Source of the DNA: Sandaracinaceae bacterium
GTDB lineage: Bacteria; Myxococcota_A; Polyangia; Polyangiales; JAFGIB01
Assembly: GCA_017881145.1 (NCBI GenBank)
Contig: JADGRG010000153.1
Location: 1-31,544, forward strand
DNA: 31,544 bases
Direction: 5' to 3'
Part shown: in pieces, positions 1 to 8,332 of the stretch
How positions within the stretch are numbered: the first letter of the stretch is position 1
How the letters are laid out: every line of letters starts with the position of its first letter
Notes under the pieces: generated by a model
What the model saw: only the letters and a program-made list of their open reading frames with translations
The model's database searches: none
Told to the model about the DNA's origin: nothing
Program-made: the position numbers and the translations under genes

Positions 1-141
1 CAGGATCGCAAGATGTTCCATGACCTGCTCATGGAGGTCATCGAGGCTGGCGACGTGCCCGAGTATCGCTTGACCAACAAGTTTGCTCGCCATGCAGCCG
101 AGAGGCTTCTCAAAAAGCAAGCCGACCTCTTCTACGACTGA
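1..141 (+). CDS. tatT: TatT-like component of a TPR-associated TRAP (TPAT) transporter, 3' end only
   Basis: Frame 1 reads QDRKMFHDLLMEVIEAGDVPEYRLTNKFARHAAERLLKKQADLFYD-stop (TGA 139-141). This resembles the recalled TatT C-terminal pattern QDR..F..LL.EV...D.PE.RL.N..A...A..LL....LF. It lies upstream of TRAP permeases. Confidence 0.65.
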   Translation, partial: QDRKMFHDLLMEVIEAGDVPEYRLTNKFARHAAERLLKKQADLFYD

Positions 142-262
142 AGAGCTGTCCAGAAATGGCTCATAGCGGCTTACGTCCTCGAAAAAATCCTCGAAATACG
201 AGAGTATTCCTGCGGTTCTTTCTGCGGGCGCGCTCGCTCTGAGCCGATTTCTGGACAGCTCT
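142..262. repeat. MITE-like palindromic element, copy A
   Basis: Terminal inverted repeats AGAGCTGTCCAGAAATGGCTCA (142-163) and TGAGCCGATTTCTGGACAGCTCT (240-262), with one extra base. Flanked by TGA on both sides (139-141, 263-265). Internal hairpin AATAC-GAGA-GTATT. Confidence 0.8.
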
Positions 263-265
263 TGA

Positions 266-425
266 GAAGTGCCGCCGAGAAACGGCTCATAGTCATCTAC
301 GCGCCGAGCAGCCTTCGGCTCTCGGCGCAGCGGCTTACGTCCTCGCAACCTCGGTCACGCTACAGAAGTAGCGCTCCCTCGGTTGCTGCGGGCGCGCTCG
401 CTCTGAGCCATTTCTGAACAGCCCT
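266..425. repeat. MITE-like palindromic element, copy B
   Basis: Shares GGCTCATAG, GCGGCTTACGTCCTCG and TGCGGGCGCGCTCGCTCTGAGCC with copy A. Hairpins GCCGAG-C-AGCC-TTCG-GCT-CTCGGC and GCTAC-AGAA-GTAGC. Followed by TCA (426-428). Confidence 0.8.
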
Positions 426-714
426 TCAACCTGTGCTGCGCATCACGCGGAAGTGATCGCTCTGAGGTGATTTTTGGTTGGCTCTTTGCAGCCTGATCAC
501 TGCGTTGTGCTTGGGTTTGCGAGCGTGTGCTCGATGCTCTGGTGCTCGATTGCGAGCGCGCACCAGCTGGATAAATCCATCATTGCGCTCTTGTCATTCT
601 GAGGCTTTTTGAGTTAGCTCCGCGTGCCGCCTGGGTGCGATCTCTGCGCACGCATCCGCTGGCTGCAAGAGCGAAAGACGGCTCCCTGCTTGAGCCGTGA
701 AAGGTAGTGGCAAC

Positions 715-1491
715 ATGGAGTTCTGGCGTCGACTCGATCGTGTCTGGGCCCGCTGGGAGGGCCGCATGATCGTCGCGGTTCTGCTCTCGATGGTTTTCGT
801 CGCGAGCTTCTCAGCTAGCGTTCGTAACCTCACGCGCTTCGACGTCCAGTGGGCGAATCACTTGCTCATGGATATGGAGTGGGCCGACTCCTTTCTGCGC
901 AAGGGCACCATGTGGCTGGCGTTCTTCGGTGCATCGCTTGCGACCCACTACCGCAAGCACATCAGCATCGACCTGCTGACGCGCATCGCACCGCTCAAGG
1001 CGAAATACGCGATGCATGCGTTCTCGGGCGTCGCCGCTGGCGTGATCACCATGGGACTCGCCTATGCTTTCGCGTCGGCCTGCTACCTGAATCTCACCGA
1101 GCGTCCGATCGAATACGAAATGCTCGGCGGTACTGGCTCGATGCACGTCTGCGACGCCACCGACGATCAGATCAAGGACCTCGCCGACTTCTCGCGTCCC
1201 ACGGGCTTCTGCGTGTTGCGCAAGGTGCTCAATACGGTGGGAGTTCCCGCCGAGACACCAGGCGCCGCTTTCCAGGTCATCGTGCCCTTGATGTTCATGG
1301 CGATCGCGTTGCGCTTTCTCGGTCAGGGAATCAGCGCCGGCTTTGCGTTGAGCAAGGGTACGGCTGCCATGGAAGAGCTGGAGGCCGAGGAGAAGTCTCG
1401 TATGGACGCCGTGCACGCCTCGGTGTCTGGAGCGCCAACACCACCACCTGATCCAGCCGGCTCAGCCGGGGGTCATGGAGGTGCGCTATGA
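715..1491 (+). CDS. dctQ: TRAP transporter small permease (DctQ/TatQ family) with a loop insertion
   Basis: About four hydrophobic segments. The motifs 'W..FFGASLAT..RKHISIDLL' and 'FQVIVPLMF..IALRF' are typical of DctQ. Stop overlaps the dctM start (ATGA 1488-1491). ATG 715 preferred over GTG 697. Confidence 0.85.
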   Translation: MEFWRRLDRVWARWEGRMIVAVLLSMVFVASFSASVRNLTRFDVQWANHLLMDMEWADSFLRKGTMWLAFFGASLATHYRKHISIDLLTRIAPLKAKYAMHAFSGVAAGVITMGLAYAFASACYLNLTERPIEYEMLGGTGSMHVCDATDDQIKDLADFSRPTGFCVLRKVLNTVGVPAETPGAAFQVIVPLMFMAIALRFLGQGISAGFALSKGTAAMEELEAEEKSRMDAVHASVSGAPTPPPDPAGSAGGHGGAL

Positions 1492-3020
1492 CCCTGGTCA
1501 TCACAGTCGGTCTGGTCCTTCTCGCCTTCGTGGGTGTGCCGCTCTTCTCGCTCTTCGGAGCTGCGGCCATCATGCTCTTCTTGAGCTTACCCGAGGGCAC
1601 TTGGGCATCGCCCGCCATCGACGTGTTCGGCGTGAACTTCGCCGAAAATCCGTCGCTCATGACCATCCCGCTCTTCACTTTCGCGGGCTATCTGCTCGCC
1701 GAGTCGGGCATGCCGCGGCGGCTGATTACGGTCTCGCGCGCGTGGCTCGGCTGGATGCCTGGCGGCCTGGCCGTGGTGTGCTTGGGCGCCTCGGCGTTCT
1801 TCACCACCTTCACCGGCGGCAGCGGCATCACCATCGTCGCCGTCGGCGGTCTGCTTCTGCCCGCCATGCTGCAGGAAAAATATCCTGACCGCTTTGCCCT
1901 CGGTCTGGTCACCACGGGTGGCTCGCTCGGCATCCTCTTTCCGCCCAGCGTTCCGCTGATCCTCTACGGCATCATCGCGAACCTCTCGATGAACAAGCTG
2001 CTGGTCGCAGGCATCATGCCCGGCATCTTGGTCGTGGTGGTGCTCGCGATCTACTCCGGGTTCGTCGGCGTCAAGACCGGCTTCACCAAGACACCCTTCG
2101 TGTGGAAGACCGCGTGGTCAACCCTCTGGGCGATGAAGTGGGAGGCTGCGATCCCGGTCGTGCTGCTCATCGGCATGGGCACGGGCGTGTTGCGCATCCA
2201 CGAGGCGTCGGTGTTCACCGCCGTTTACGTGCTCTTCATCGAAGTGGTCGTCTACCGCGACATCAACATCCGCCGCGACTTGCCGCGCGTGGCTGTCGAG
2301 TCGATGACCCTGGTCGGCGCGATCCTGATCATCATGTCCTGTGCCATCGGCTTCACGGCGTGGATGATTCAGGCCGAGATTCCGATGCGCGTGCTGGACT
2401 GGATGCAGACCCTGATCTCGTCGCAGTTCGTGTTCCTGGTCGTCCTGAACCTCTTCCTCATCTTCATCGGCATGCTGATGGAGATCTTCACGGCCATCAT
2501 CGTCGCGGTGCCACTGGTTCTGCCGCTGGCGCGCGCGTATGGCCTCGACCCCTACCACTTCGCGATCATCTTCCTATTGAACCTGGAGATCGCGTATCTG
2601 GCGCCGCCGCTCGGCATCAACCTCTTCATCTCGAGCATCCGTTTCGGCCGACCCGTCACCTATCTCTATCGGTCGGTGCTCACCTTCATCGCCGTGCTCT
2701 TTTGCGCGCTGATGCTGGTTTGCTACGTGCCCATCATCACCACCTGGTTGCCCAGCATGATGAAGAGCGACGACATGTCCGATGTGATGGGTGAGGCAAG
2801 CCAGCCGGGTGCGCCGGGCAACGACGAGAAGCTGCAGGGCCAGGACTTTGGCATGACAGGCGAAGACCTCGCGAAGCTCGATCAAGATGCCGGTACGGAC
2901 GGCGACACGTTACCGGATGAGATCTTGCCGGACGCTGGCAAGCCCTCAGCCGACAAGGCGGCGCCAGCGGCTGACACCGAGAAGCCTGCTCGACCCAAGA
3001 AGAAGGCCAAGCATCCCTGA
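1488..3020 (+). CDS. dctM: TRAP transporter large permease (DctM/TatM)
   Basis: DctM motifs 'L..IPLFTFAGYLL', 'GGSLGILFPPSVPLILYG', 'I.IVAVPL..P.A..YG.DP.HF', 'PPLG.NLF'. Ends in a ~85-aa acidic, Pro/Ala/Lys-rich tail. Confidence 0.93.
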   Translation: MTLVITVGLVLLAFVGVPLFSLFGAAAIMLFLSLPEGTWASPAIDVFGVNFAENPSLMTIPLFTFAGYLLAESGMPRRLITVSRAWLGWMPGGLAVVCLGASAFFTTFTGGSGITIVAVGGLLLPAMLQEKYPDRFALGLVTTGGSLGILFPPSVPLILYGIIANLSMNKLLVAGIMPGILVVVVLAIYSGFVGVKTGFTKTPFVWKTAWSTLWAMKWEAAIPVVLLIGMGTGVLRIHEASVFTAVYVLFIEVVVYRDINIRRDLPRVAVESMTLVGAILIIMSCAIGFTAWMIQAEIPMRVLDWMQTLISSQFVFLVVLNLFLIFIGMLMEIFTAIIVAVPLVLPLARAYGLDPYHFAIIFLLNLEIAYLAPPLGINLFISSIRFGRPVTYLYRSVLTFIAVLFCALMLVCYVPIITTWLPSMMKSDDMSDVMGEASQPGAPGNDEKLQGQDFGMTGEDLAKLDQDAGTDGDTLPDEILPDAGKPSADKAAPAADTEKPARPKKKAKHP

Positions 3021-3072
3021 AGTGTGGTTTCGGGTGGCGGTTGCCGTCACCCGGGCCTGAGCTCCAGAACGC

Positions 3073-3114
3073 AAAGCGTCGCCCACCGTTACGGTTGGGG
3101 CGGCGCTTTTTTTT
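3073..3114 (+). terminator. Rho-independent terminator after dctM
   Basis: Stem AAAGCGTCGCCC-ACCG-TTA-CGGT-TG-GGGCGGCGCTTT running into a T8 tract (3107-3114). A second hairpin, GGGTGGCGG-TTG-CCGTCACCC, lies at about 3030-3050. Confidence 0.85.
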
Positions 3115-3197
3115 GTGCTTCGGGTCTGAGCTGGCTCGCGCGGCGCAGCTCCCCGATGTCGCAGCGGGTCTTGGCGCGTCCAGCCCGACGGCCGGGT

Positions 3198-4106
3198 CTA
3201 GGGCGCGGCTGCCGCAGGCGTTCGTGCTTCCGGCAGGGTCAGCGCTCGGTGGCCCGTCAGCGCCTTGAGTTGGGCTGCAATCGAACAGTCGCTGGCTGCA
3301 CCACTGCCGTGTGCATCAGCTGCGGGCTTGGGCGACGCTGGCGCTCCCTTGGAAAGGATCCGTGTGGTTAGCAACGCGCCCTGTGATTGCACACGGGCGC
3401 GCAGCAGCGCGTCGCCGTGCCGCAAGTCCCAGAGAAAGACCTGCACGGGCCAATCGCTGCGGTTGGGGCCCTCTTCCAAGACGAGCAAGAGCCAGTCCGA
3501 GCGCAACAGGCCGAGCACGCTAGGCAGATCGGCGCGGATGTGGCGTGAGAGCACCTCGTCCTGCACGCGCAGGCTCATCACATCGCTGAGTTTCTTGGTC
3601 TGCTCGACGAATTCGGGCGTCAGGAATTCACCCTTCTCGTAGAGGCCGCGTGCCGACGTCGGCAGTAGCCCGAGGCACGTCGTGATCAGATCTGGCTGCA
3701 TGGCCTTGGCGCCTGCGGCAATCCCGGCTTTGGTCTTCGCCGCCGTCAGCGGCATGCGCAGGTACAGGCCCACCCCGGAGCGCAGCCCAGAGAGGTTGAG
3801 GCGCGGGTCGACGAGTGTCGCTGGTTCGCTCTGCGATGCTGAGAGCACCAGAGTCTCGATCTTGTCGCGCAGCGCCGTGTAGGCGTCCTTGGCCTGCGCC
3901 AGCTCCTCCTGATGCACGTGCAGGATCGAGGCTCGCAGTTCGTTCGCCTTGTGACGCTCCTTCAACCAGTAGCCGCCTACCACCGTCGCGATCGAAAGCG
4001 TTCCGATCACCACTACGCGCCAAGGAATCCGCGGCATGTAGGCTCTGGCATCGTCCGTGGCGTGGGGCCTTGCGGGCGTGAGCTGCGACGGTTTGTTGGC
4101 ACTCAT
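3198..4106 (-). CDS. Hypothetical single-pass membrane protein downstream of aglS
   Basis: Long ORF with high-GC3 codon usage. ATG at 4106 preceded by GGGGA. N-terminal TM segment WRVVVIGTLSIATVVGGYWL. Confidence 0.75.
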   Translation of the reverse strand: MSANKPSQLTPARPHATDDARAYMPRIPWRVVVIGTLSIATVVGGYWLKERHKANELRASILHVHQEELAQAKDAYTALRDKIETLVLSASQSEPATLVDPRLNLSGLRSGVGLYLRMPLTAAKTKAGIAAGAKAMQPDLITTCLGLLPTSARGLYEKGEFLTPEFVEQTKKLSDVMSLRVQDEVLSRHIRADLPSVLGLLRSDWLLLVLEEGPNRSDWPVQVFLWDLRHGDALLRARVQSQGALLTTRILSKGAPASPKPAADAHGSGAASDCSIAAQLKALTGHRALTLPEARTPAAAAP

Positions 4107-4220
4107 GCTGGTATCCCCAAAGCAGCATGGCCCCGCCCGCACTTGCTCGGACGAGGCCACGGTCTGAATCGTGTCGCCATCAGCCTCACGGCTTCTGGCT
4201 CTCTGCTTCCCCTTCCGCGC

Positions 4221-4763
4221 CTACTTCTTCACGTTCAGCCGGTTCACGGCGAAGCTCACATTGGCGTAGCCGGCCTGCGCTGCCGAGAACATCAGCTTCT
4301 TGATCACGCGATAGTCGATCGCAACGTCGGCCTGCAGGATGACCTGGCCGGGGAACGGCTCCTGCGGATGCAGGATGCTCCAGTTGCGCTTGAGCGTCTC
4401 GAGGTCTTGGATGAGCTGCTCGATGCGCTCCACTTTGGCGTCTGCCGCGAGCGTCGCGGTGTCCGCCATGCGGCGACCGTCCAGCGTCACGACCACCGCA
4501 TCCACTGCGATGACAGGGGAGACGCCGATGTCGACGACGTTTGCCGCCTTCGGCATCTTGAGGCTCGCCTTCTGAGCCAGCAGCTCGCCGCTCGCGCTGA
4601 ACGAGATCAGCAAGAAGACCACGAGCACGATCAGAAAGTCGATGAAGGGCACCAGAGGAATCGACACGTCGACCGATTTGGCGCCATGGCCGCTGACCTT
4701 CTTCGAGACGAACTTGAGCGGGACTTCCCGCAAGAGAACTTTGCCTGGCTGATTGATGGGCAT
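4221..4763 (-). CDS. aglS: ExbD/TolR-family motor subunit, AglS-like
   Basis: TM 'LVPFIDFLIVLVVFLLISFS' with Asp42. C-terminal 'VILQAD..IDYRVIKKLMFSAAQAGYANVSFAV' and N-terminal 'PGK...GHG.K' resemble recalled M. xanthus AglS (Asp41). Confidence 0.75.
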   Translation of the reverse strand: MPINQPGKVLLREVPLKFVSKKVSGHGAKSVDVSIPLVPFIDFLIVLVVFLLISFSASGELLAQKASLKMPKAANVVDIGVSPVIAVDAVVVTLDGRRMADTATLAADAKVERIEQLIQDLETLKRNWSILHPQEPFPGQVILQADVAIDYRVIKKLMFSAAQAGYANVSFAVNRLNVKK

Positions 4764-4778
4764 GAGATGCTCTTTTGC

Positions 4779-5252
4779 CTAGAGGGCCGAACCGTCCGAG
4801 AGCGACATATCCGAGAAGCCTTCACCGACGACCATGTCCATCGACGAGACCACGTCTTCGTAGCGAACACCATCTTCCGGCGCGACCACGAGATCCTTAC
4901 GGTTCGGCTCCAGGCGCTTGCGCTCCTGCAGCTTCTCGCGAAGGCCTTCCATGTCGTACTGGTCGCCGGACTTGGGGATCTCGATGCGATCACCCGCAGT
5001 CGATGAGATCACGAAGCCCGAGCCCGAGACCTGCAACACCAGCTTGATGTGCTCCTCGGGCGGCGGCTCGTTGGGCGCCGACTGACCAGGCTGCTGCTGG
5101 TTCGCGTTCAAGCGCGCCAGCTGGTTCCACACCGCCGTGACCAGCAGAAACATCACGCAGCAGAGCAGGAGATCGATGAAGGGGACCAGAGGTATCTCCG
5201 AGTCGACCGACTTCTTGCCGCCGTGGCCGCCACCTACGTTTATGCCACCCAT
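4779..5252 (-). CDS. aglQ: ExbD/TolR-family motor subunit, AglQ-like
   Basis: MGGINVGGGHGGKKSVDSEIPLVPFID (Asp27) closely resembles the recalled AglQ N-terminus with its essential Asp28. C-terminal 'PEDGVRYEDVV..MD' ExbD motif. Confidence 0.78.
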   Translation of the reverse strand: MGGINVGGGHGGKKSVDSEIPLVPFIDLLLCCVMFLLVTAVWNQLARLNANQQQPGQSAPNEPPPEEHIKLVLQVSGSGFVISSTAGDRIEIPKSGDQYDMEGLREKLQERKRLEPNRKDLVVAPEDGVRYEDVVSSMDMVVGEGFSDMSLSDGSAL

Positions 5253-5353
5253 CGTTGCGCCTCGTTACGTTGGAGCTGAAAACAGTTGCGAGGTTGGGGC
5301 CTGGGGTCGCGCGCGCTCACAGGACGAGCGGCCCCACAGCCTCGCTTCGCGAT

Positions 5354-6004
5354 TCAGACCGCCTGTGACTCGTCCAGATTGACCTTCGAGCGGTTGTTCA
5401 CCACCAGATTGACCACCTGCACGGTCGCGGAGTTGATGTCGTCGATTAGCTTCTGCGTCTTGGTGTTGTGCGCAGCGAAGCCGACCAGTGCGACGATGGC
5501 CGCGATCAGCCCGAAGGCCGTGCAGTTCATCGCTTCCGAAATGCCCTTCGCGAGCATCGTTGCTTTCGACGAAGCGTCGGCGTTGGCAACCGCGCCGAAG
5601 GCCGCGATCAGGCCCGTGACAGTTCCGAGCAGACCCGAGAGCATCGCGAGGTTCGCGAAGAGCGCGAGCAGCGGCGTACGGTGCTCGATCAGTGGCAGCT
5701 CGACCAGAGCGGCCTCATCCATCGCAGCCTGCACTTCGGCGTCGGGACGGTTCACCTTCATCAGGCCGGACTTGACGATGCGCGCGAGCGGCGCGTTGGC
5801 TGCTGAACAGAGTTTGATGGCGCGGCCGATGTCGCCGGCCAAGATGCACTTCTGCATCGTGGCGAGGAACACCTCGCGGTTGATCGAGCTCCGGTAGAGG
5901 TAGATCGCGCGTTCGACGATGATGCCGATCGAGAGGACCTGCCAGAACAAGATGGGGTACATGCCCCAGCCGCCTTCTTCGAAGTGATGCGCGAGCATTG
6001 ACAT
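5354..6004 (-). CDS. aglR: MotA/TolQ/ExbB proton-channel subunit, AglR-like
   Basis: Motifs 'WGMYPI', 'IIVER', 'GLLGTVTGLI', 'GISEAMNCTAFGL'. Strong SD GAGGAGGAG at 6012-6020 on the minus strand. First gene of a 1+2 cluster. Confidence 0.8.
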   Translation of the reverse strand: MSMLAHHFEEGGWGMYPILFWQVLSIGIIVERAIYLYRSSINREVFLATMQKCILAGDIGRAIKLCSAANAPLARIVKSGLMKVNRPDAEVQAAMDEAALVELPLIEHRTPLLALFANLAMLSGLLGTVTGLIAAFGAVANADASSKATMLAKGISEAMNCTAFGLIAAIVALVGFAAHNTKTQKLIDDINSATVQVVNLVVNNRSKVNLDESQAV

Positions 6005-6088
6005 ACCGTGTCTCCTCCTCAGGGCCGGCGATCGCGCCGGACTTCGTGTTGCGTTTGTGAGCGTTGTATCAGATCTGCCCAGCCCTGC

Positions 6089-6170
6089 GATCTAGCGCGA
6101 TCTAGCGATCTAGCCGATCCAGAATGGCGTCGGGCGAAGTCTTGGGGCGAACTCTCGGGGCGAACTCTCA
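6089..6170. repeat. Short tandem repeats upstream of aglR
   Basis: GATCTAGC at 6089, 6099 and 6107. 13-bp unit GGGCGAA(G/C)TCT(T/C)(G/A) at 6132, 6145 and 6158. Confidence 0.75.
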
Positions 6171-6186
6171 GGCTAGGACAGCGAAG

Positions 6187-6229
6187 TTAGTGATTCCACA
6201 GCTCTTTTTCGAACAATTTCAATCACTAA
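6187..6229. promoter_or_regulatory. 9-bp inverted repeat with 25-bp spacer in an AT-rich stretch (candidate protein-binding site)
   Basis: TTAGTGATT (6187-6195) and AATCACTAA (6221-6229) are exact reverse complements. Function is inferred only. Confidence 0.35.
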
Positions 6230-7023
6230 GTCGCGCCAAGTCGGACCATGGATCAAAAGTGAGTAGGCATCATATCGTCCGAACGTCCCATGTCAACTGC
6301 GATCTGCGCACATTTCTCACACCCGCTGAGGACGTATTTTTACATAGCGTCTTCCGGTGCCGCGGCCCTGGCCTCGCCCGCTGCAAATCGACACCGCCCA
6401 GCTCGCGAAGTTCCAAGCGGCGCCGTCCTTCCACTACTAGCGGACGCATGCGCTCGGGCACGCGCGCTCGGTCTGGCTGCTCGGCGGGTGCGGCGCCGCA
6501 CGCGCTGCGACCACGATCGCATTTGCTCCGCACACGCGCCGATGGGAGTGCGATAGTGGACAGCATCCGCCGCAGCGGAAGGCGCGTGCCCATTCGGAAA
6601 GCTTTCGACGCAGCGCTGAGCAGCGCGCGCAAGGCTGCTGCACCGCAACACCGACACGCACCTACGCGTGACTGGTACGACGGTCTGCGTCGCGTCGCGC
6701 GAGAGCTTGGTGTGTTCGTTGACAATCGTCGCAACGGTAAGATAGCGTTTGCCCCTCGACATTCGCCCACCGTCGTTTCATTCGACAAGCGCGATACGCG
6801 TCTGGCGTCTCGCGTCTCGCTCGATGGACACGCGACAAGCGACACGGACACGAACTCTTGAAACGATCGACGACGCCACCACTAGTAGATGGAAACCGTG
6901 TGGTTTCTGTAGCGACGCAATGGGAGTGTGCCGTATCCTCTCGTTGCGTCTTTTCGGAGTTTGCGACGGGGATCTTCTTAGGGGCGGTGCGGCCTCTCGG
7001 CGAATGAAAGGAGCCGCGATTTC

Positions 7024-7647
7024 ATGGAAAAGATTTGGGGCTTTCTGCGCGACGGCGCGCCGTTCTCGTTCATCAACGTCGCAATCTTAGCGTTCGTCAT
7101 CGCGATCATCGCGGACCGCTTCGTGCACATTCTCACGAAGCACCAGGTGAACGGCGAAGAGTTCATGGCGCAGATCCGTAAGCTGGTTCAGGCCGGCAAC
7201 ATCGATCGCGCGATCAAGCTCTGCGAAGCCGAGCCCTTGCCGCTTCTGCAGGTCGTCAAAGCGGGTCTCACCCAGGTGAACCGTGGCGAAGAGGCCATCA
7301 TCGCTCAAATGGATGAGCGCATGAGCGAAGTGGTGCCGCTGCTCGAAAAGCGCATCGGCGTGCTTTGGGCACTGGCCAATATCGCGACCCTGGTTGGTCT
7401 GCTCGGAACGATCTCCGGTCTGATCAAGTCGTTCGCCGCCGTGGCTTTCGCCGAGCCGGCGCAGAAGTCTGCCTTGCTGGCGCGCGGTATTTCGGAAGCC
7501 ATGTACAACACGGCGCTCGGCCTCGGCATCGCCGTGCTCTGCATGTTCTTCCACATGGTGCTGCACGGCTGGGCGAAGCGGATCAAGCATGACCTCGAGC
7601 GCACGCAGATGAAGCTCGAGAACCTGCTGACTCTGAAGCGCGAGTAG
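7024..7647 (+). CDS. MotA/TolQ/ExbB proton-channel subunit (AglR paralog)
   Basis: Motifs 'AGNIDRAIKLC', 'GLLGTISGLI', 'LARGISEAMYNTALGL'. SD AAAGGAG near 7005-7011. Confidence 0.92.
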   Translation: MEKIWGFLRDGAPFSFINVAILAFVIAIIADRFVHILTKHQVNGEEFMAQIRKLVQAGNIDRAIKLCEAEPLPLLQVVKAGLTQVNRGEEAIIAQMDERMSEVVPLLEKRIGVLWALANIATLVGLLGTISGLIKSFAAVAFAEPAQKSALLARGISEAMYNTALGLGIAVLCMFFHMVLHGWAKRIKHDLERTQMKLENLLTLKRE

Positions 7648-7720
7648 TTGGCGAGGAGCTCCATTCGCTCACCCATAGGTCCGGCCCTCAGGTCGGGAAA
7701 AAGCCACGGGATAAGCACGG

Positions 7721-8275
7721 ATGCCTAAGTTCACGCCAAGACAGCGCAACTTCATACGCAAGCACGGTAAGCCCCCTCAGCTCGATCCTTCCGAGGCGGT
7801 GGGCGAGCTGAACATCGTGCCGTTTCTCGACATCGTCATGAACTTGATCATGTTCTTGCTCGCGACGAGCGAGGCTGTGCTCTTGATCTCGCAGATCGAG
7901 TCCGACCTGCCGAAGATCGCGCGCGGACGCAGCCACGGTGCCGATGTCGCGACGCCGCTCAACCTCAACGTGACCATCACGGAAGTGGGCGTCATCGTCA
8001 GCGGTTCGGGTGGCAAGCTCGCGCCCGGCTGCACGACCGTCGACATGGGCCGCACGATCACGGTGCCCAAGAAAGCCAAGGACTACGACTGGCCCGGCCT
8101 CACGGAATGCGTGTCGCGGATCAAGCAGCAGTTCAAGGACGAGAACTCGGTCACGGTCAGCGCCGACCCGCAGGTGCAATATGAGCACATCGTGGCGGCG
8201 ATGGATGCGGTGCGCATCGGCAAGACCAAGCAGGAGCTCTTTCCGCAAGTATTGATCTCGGTGGGCGTGCGTTAG
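7721..8275 (+). CDS. ExbD/TolR-family subunit (second motor cluster)
   Basis: TM 'ELNIVPFLDIVMNLIMFLL' with Asp37. C-terminal 'SADPQVQYEHIVAAMDAVR'. Two periplasmic Cys. Confidence 0.9.
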   Translation: MPKFTPRQRNFIRKHGKPPQLDPSEAVGELNIVPFLDIVMNLIMFLLATSEAVLLISQIESDLPKIARGRSHGADVATPLNLNVTITEVGVIVSGSGGKLAPGCTTVDMGRTITVPKKAKDYDWPGLTECVSRIKQQFKDENSVTVSADPQVQYEHIVAAMDAVRIGKTKQELFPQVLISVGVR

Positions 8276-8332
8276 GGCTTATTTTGCTGGGCTCTGGCGT
8301 GGCCGGAGCACGGATGGGAATGCGGTCTCTCC

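Noticed and set aside
6192-6200. GATTCCACA as a DnaA box
   Set aside because: Single site with two mismatches, no cluster and no oriC context.
6124-6861. 245-aa (+) and 193-aa (-) ORFs in the region between the motors
   Set aside because: Arg/Ser/Ala-rich with no motifs, they run through tandem repeats and AT-rich promoter-like DNA, and they lack the codon pattern of neighbouring genes.
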